This document shows, one piece after another, positions 60,564 to 64,000 of a DNA stretch of 64,000 nt. The position numbers and the translations under genes are program-made. The stretch is from Podarcis bocagei. Lineage: Eukaryota. The DNA lies in NCBI GenBank assembly GCA_964188305.1, contig OZ076887.1. The stretch is one strand, 5' to 3'. Every line of letters starts with the position of its first letter. The stretch's first letter is position 1. The notes under the pieces were generated by a model that saw only the letters and a list, made by a program, of their open reading frames with translations, was not told where the DNA came from and searched no databases.

Positions 60564-62842
60564 CTAAAACGAAGATGAAAATATTGCTATGAAAGCTATG
60601 GTTTTACTTTTGCCTAAATGACCACAGCAATCAGTGAAGAACTTAGTAGGTCTGCCTCAAACCAATAAAGCTCCTATACAAGGAAATACAAAAAGATGTT
60701 CACAGGTCATAAGAGGACTGGACTGTGAAGGTGAGTTGCTTGGCTCAAACAGCAGATGGGGTCTGGGAGGCACTCCCCTCCCACCTGGCTGCTCTGCCTC
60801 TTTAAACTTCATGCAGTATTAGAATTACTAAATATTACCATAGTAACAGCATTTTCCTGAAATTAAAAGTCCTGCTTTTTACAAACAGGTGCTTAGAAAT
60901 GGCTCTTTATGAGCCTCCAAGAAGCTTTCAGTGAATTTCTTAATTGTAAATATCAAAGTGATCAAGATAATTTCTCCCTGCTATCATCCTCTACCAAGTT
61001 CTTGTTTGTGCAATATCGTACCTGTTTCTAGGCTTTAAAATTGCCTAAATTCATTTTAAGTATACACAATAAAACATTTCTGTAGTCAGACTTTAGAAAC
61101 TTTGGTTCTTTAAGATACTTATTATTCCTGCTTCATTTCAGCATTTTAGTATCCTAGTTAATATTCAACTTCCTAAATGAAATCATCACTTGCAAATGCC
61201 GTTAGCCTTTTTTTATTAAATAGAAAATATTTGCTTTCTGTTTCTTTCACCGCATAAAATGCATTTTAAAATAGTGTTTGCACTTTAATAATTTATACTT
61301 AAATTGTTTTCCCATCACTGGAATTCATTTGACCAACCCAGAGTATTTCACAAAGCTGTTCGACTAGTACAATTCTTCCAATCTATTCCATATGCACATT
61401 CAAATGCCAAGTAATTACACCAAAAGGCTTCATTTCTCAAAGGCCCTCACTGGCACAAGCCTAATTTAGTTCTTCATCTAATGTTCACTTCATGTAGCCA
61501 GGCACAGGGAAAAAGAAGCTTCTTACGCAGATTAGATCGTTGGTGATGATGAAACTCCTCTGGCCCTTTCTCCCTGTATGATCATGACTTGTTCCCACTG
61601 CCAAGGAGGAATAGGTATTCATTTCCTACTTTCAACACCTTTTGTTTATATCTATTTGTAAGTGTAAGGTATTCTATATGTCTTATCATGCTTCTCAGGA
61701 TCCCACTTTTTGACTCTACATGATTGCCCTTTCCTTTTATGAGAATGAAAGGTGGCAATAATGTAGAAGACTGGAAAGTACTTAACAAGAATAACTTAGA
61801 AAACTTAAGACTGTGTCTGTTAGGAGAAAGATTCAATTCAGGGCCGCACCAAGAAACGTGGCTGCTTAAGCAAAGTATAGGATTATAATCTACTGTCACC
61901 TGAGGCAGTTGCCTCACTTTGACAGCCCTGATTCAACCCCAGGCAGAAAGTACTAGAGTAGGGAAAGGTTTTCTAGAACAAAACTGAGTTTCCTTTATAG
62001 GTATTGGGTGGGAGGGGAAAACTAATTTGTTCCCATATTCTGTTTTCCCTCAGTTTGATTTTCATACGTAAAGGAATTGAGTCCCAGTATCTGATTGATT
62101 TTATTATAAAAACCCTGCTGTGTTTGTATTAAATTCAAGGAACAAGTGTAAAGTCATCCTGTGTTCAATTTAACACTTGGTAATATACATCTATATTAAC
62201 AAAAACATTAAGCCTAATGGATAATGTGTGCATCTTAGAATTGAAAGGGAAAAGCACAGTAGACACAGATAAACCATGCAATCCCGGCAGGTTTTGAATG
62301 CGCAAGACTCTTCTTTGGGGAATAAATGCTGCCTATGGGACATGGGGTACATTCAGTAAAATTCCTTGATTTGTAGAGTTAAGCTCCACGAAGATTTTTA
62401 TTTTATCCTCTAAAGAGCCTTAAGTGTTTGAAATGCATGCAGTTATTGTACTGTTTGCCTGGACATAAATATCTGCACCTACTGTGTTCTCTCTTTCACA
62501 AGGGATTTTGCTTGGAGCTACCCTCTCTGTGACAACACCTTATGATTCAAATGTGAATAAATACAGATCCATATTGCATCTCAATGATAAAATACAAACC
62601 AAGCAATGCAAACAGAAAACCAAGAGATACAAATAAGAAAAAACTATCACAAAGGAATATGGTAAACTCCAGCTGCCATACAGATATGTTCATCTCATAT
62701 TCTTTACCCTCGTGAGCCTTTCAAAAAGGTTCCTCAAAACAAAACAAGATTTATGCACAGACTAACACATAACCATAAATTAATCTAAAATACATATTTG
62801 TGCTTTTTACATGCATCACTCCAGTAAACTAACATATTATAC

Positions 62843-62936
62843 CTTGCCTTGTGTCAGTTTTTCTTGGAAATTCAGCAAGATAGCATGTTGGTAAAGGATA
62901 TGACGAAAACATGGGCCAAGGATATGGATCATCACC
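62843..62936 (-). CDS. TBC1D32: TBC1D32 coding exon
   Basis: Acceptor tctcccttag, donor gtataa; 94 nt, phase 0 to 1. Encodes [31 protein letters not shown] ([13 protein letters not shown] motif). Confidence 0.93.
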
Positions 62937-63304
62937 CTAAGGGAGAACCACCAATAATAAAGTGATGTTATAACTTACTGATGGTTTATATATTTCATTC
63001 TGTCGTTTGAAGACTCTGCACTCTGTACTTACAGGTAATCTTCAGATATTTCATGCATTACCTACATATAAAACATAGTGCACTTGACACTGTACTTTAA
63101 TGCTATCAGTGTAATGAGTCAGGATGATTACACAGAACAACTCTTTTAAGCCCACTCAAAGGGCAGTAGCCGCAGTTAGTCAGCAGAGGTTCAATGGAAT
63201 AATCAGCTCTAAATAAATGGTAGAAATAATAAATAAATCTCAGTCTGCAGCACTTATCTCCAGAGAGGCTAAATGTGAAGAAAACTGAAAAGCACGTTTA
63301 CAAC

Positions 63305-63413
63305 CTTATGCAATATTCTTGGAGGCAAGATCCGTTCCGTTGGTCCACCAACATGATTTATTCTAACAAGAATATGGTTTCTCTCTACTGATAGGCCATC
63401 AATTATAAAGTCT
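63305..63413 (-). CDS. TBC1D32: TBC1D32 (Broad-minded) coding exon, first of 10 in window (gene continues beyond right edge)
   Basis: Acceptor ttgttgcag, donor gttgta. Encodes [36 protein letters not shown], matching recalled vertebrate TBC1D32 ([31 protein letters not shown]). Confidence 0.93.
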
Positions 63414-64000
63414 CTGCAACAAAACAAAATTGAATTGCATGTGGAAATTGCCATGAGTCTCATGATTCTCAAGAGCTAGATTACTGAGAAAGTATTTCAA
63501 GCCCGGTTGTTAGCATGGACACTGAATTGCAGTTTTGAACAAGGTAACAAAATCCTGGCACTGGATTCAGGGGAATTCAGAGGTAGAAGGGAATGCATTA
63601 TGTGTGCTTTGCTTAGTCTTTTCTAACCAGAATATAATACAAACTACTCTTTTTATGGCATGCAGTATTTATTTATGGTGCACTGACCAGCCCTAATGGT
63701 TTTTGAGATAATATATCAGCACTTCCCAAGATCAAATTACAACACAGAAGCCAAGAATGGGTTGTGGTTAACGAATAGTTACTTCAAAGGAGTAGCAAGC
63801 TTACAAATTATTCCCATCCTTGCGAGGTCAATAAAGGTTGTGAATACATCAGGGATGTTCATTCTGCCTCATGTTGGTTGTACCCCTTCATGCATGCTTC
63901 CTAGTGGCAGTATGCAGCCAAGTAGTAAAGAACGATACGAAGTCATCAGACAAAACTTCCAAGAAAAGTTCAAGTGGCACAACAATGAGGACAATAAACA

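Noticed and set aside
1-64000. Prokaryotic-type systems (operons, CRISPR arrays, defence islands)
   Set aside because: The sequence is intron-containing vertebrate DNA; there are no regularly spaced repeat-spacer arrays and no long ORFs.
63420-64000. Further upstream TBC1D32 exon
   Set aside because: No open frame with suitable splice sites or recognisable TBC1D32 peptide; the next exon lies outside the window.

Overview
Eukaryotic (vertebrate) DNA, most likely a squamate and probably a lacertid lizard, judged from its repeats: a Sauria SINE, a Bov-B LINE, a tRNA-Lys/CR1-tailed SINE and a Penelope remnant. The right part (37.1-63.4 kb, minus strand) holds the last 10 coding exons of TBC1D32 (Broad-minded/C6orf170). 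All have GT-AG boundaries with consistent phases and join into 399 codons plus stop; one intron has U12 (minor spliceosome) signatures. The left 36 kb has no intact gene and is rich in transposon remnants, and almost all ORFs in the supplied track are spurious. The best novel candidate is a ~2.1-kb non-autonomous hAT-type DNA transposon (13534-15631; 12-bp TIRs TAGGGTTGTGCA/TGCACAACCCTA, 8-bp TSD). Its interior is an intronless, decayed copy of the DNA-damage checkpoint kinase CHEK2, i.e. Pack-type gene capture in a vertebrate. Other notable structures are an RTE LINE with twin-priming-type 5' inversion geometry and a Bov-B inserted in its TSD, and a Penelope remnant forming a perfect 57-bp hairpin with a minimal hammerhead ribozyme motif next to a TBC1D32 splice acceptor. 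Protein and repeat-family identities come from recognition of motifs from memory, not from database searches.
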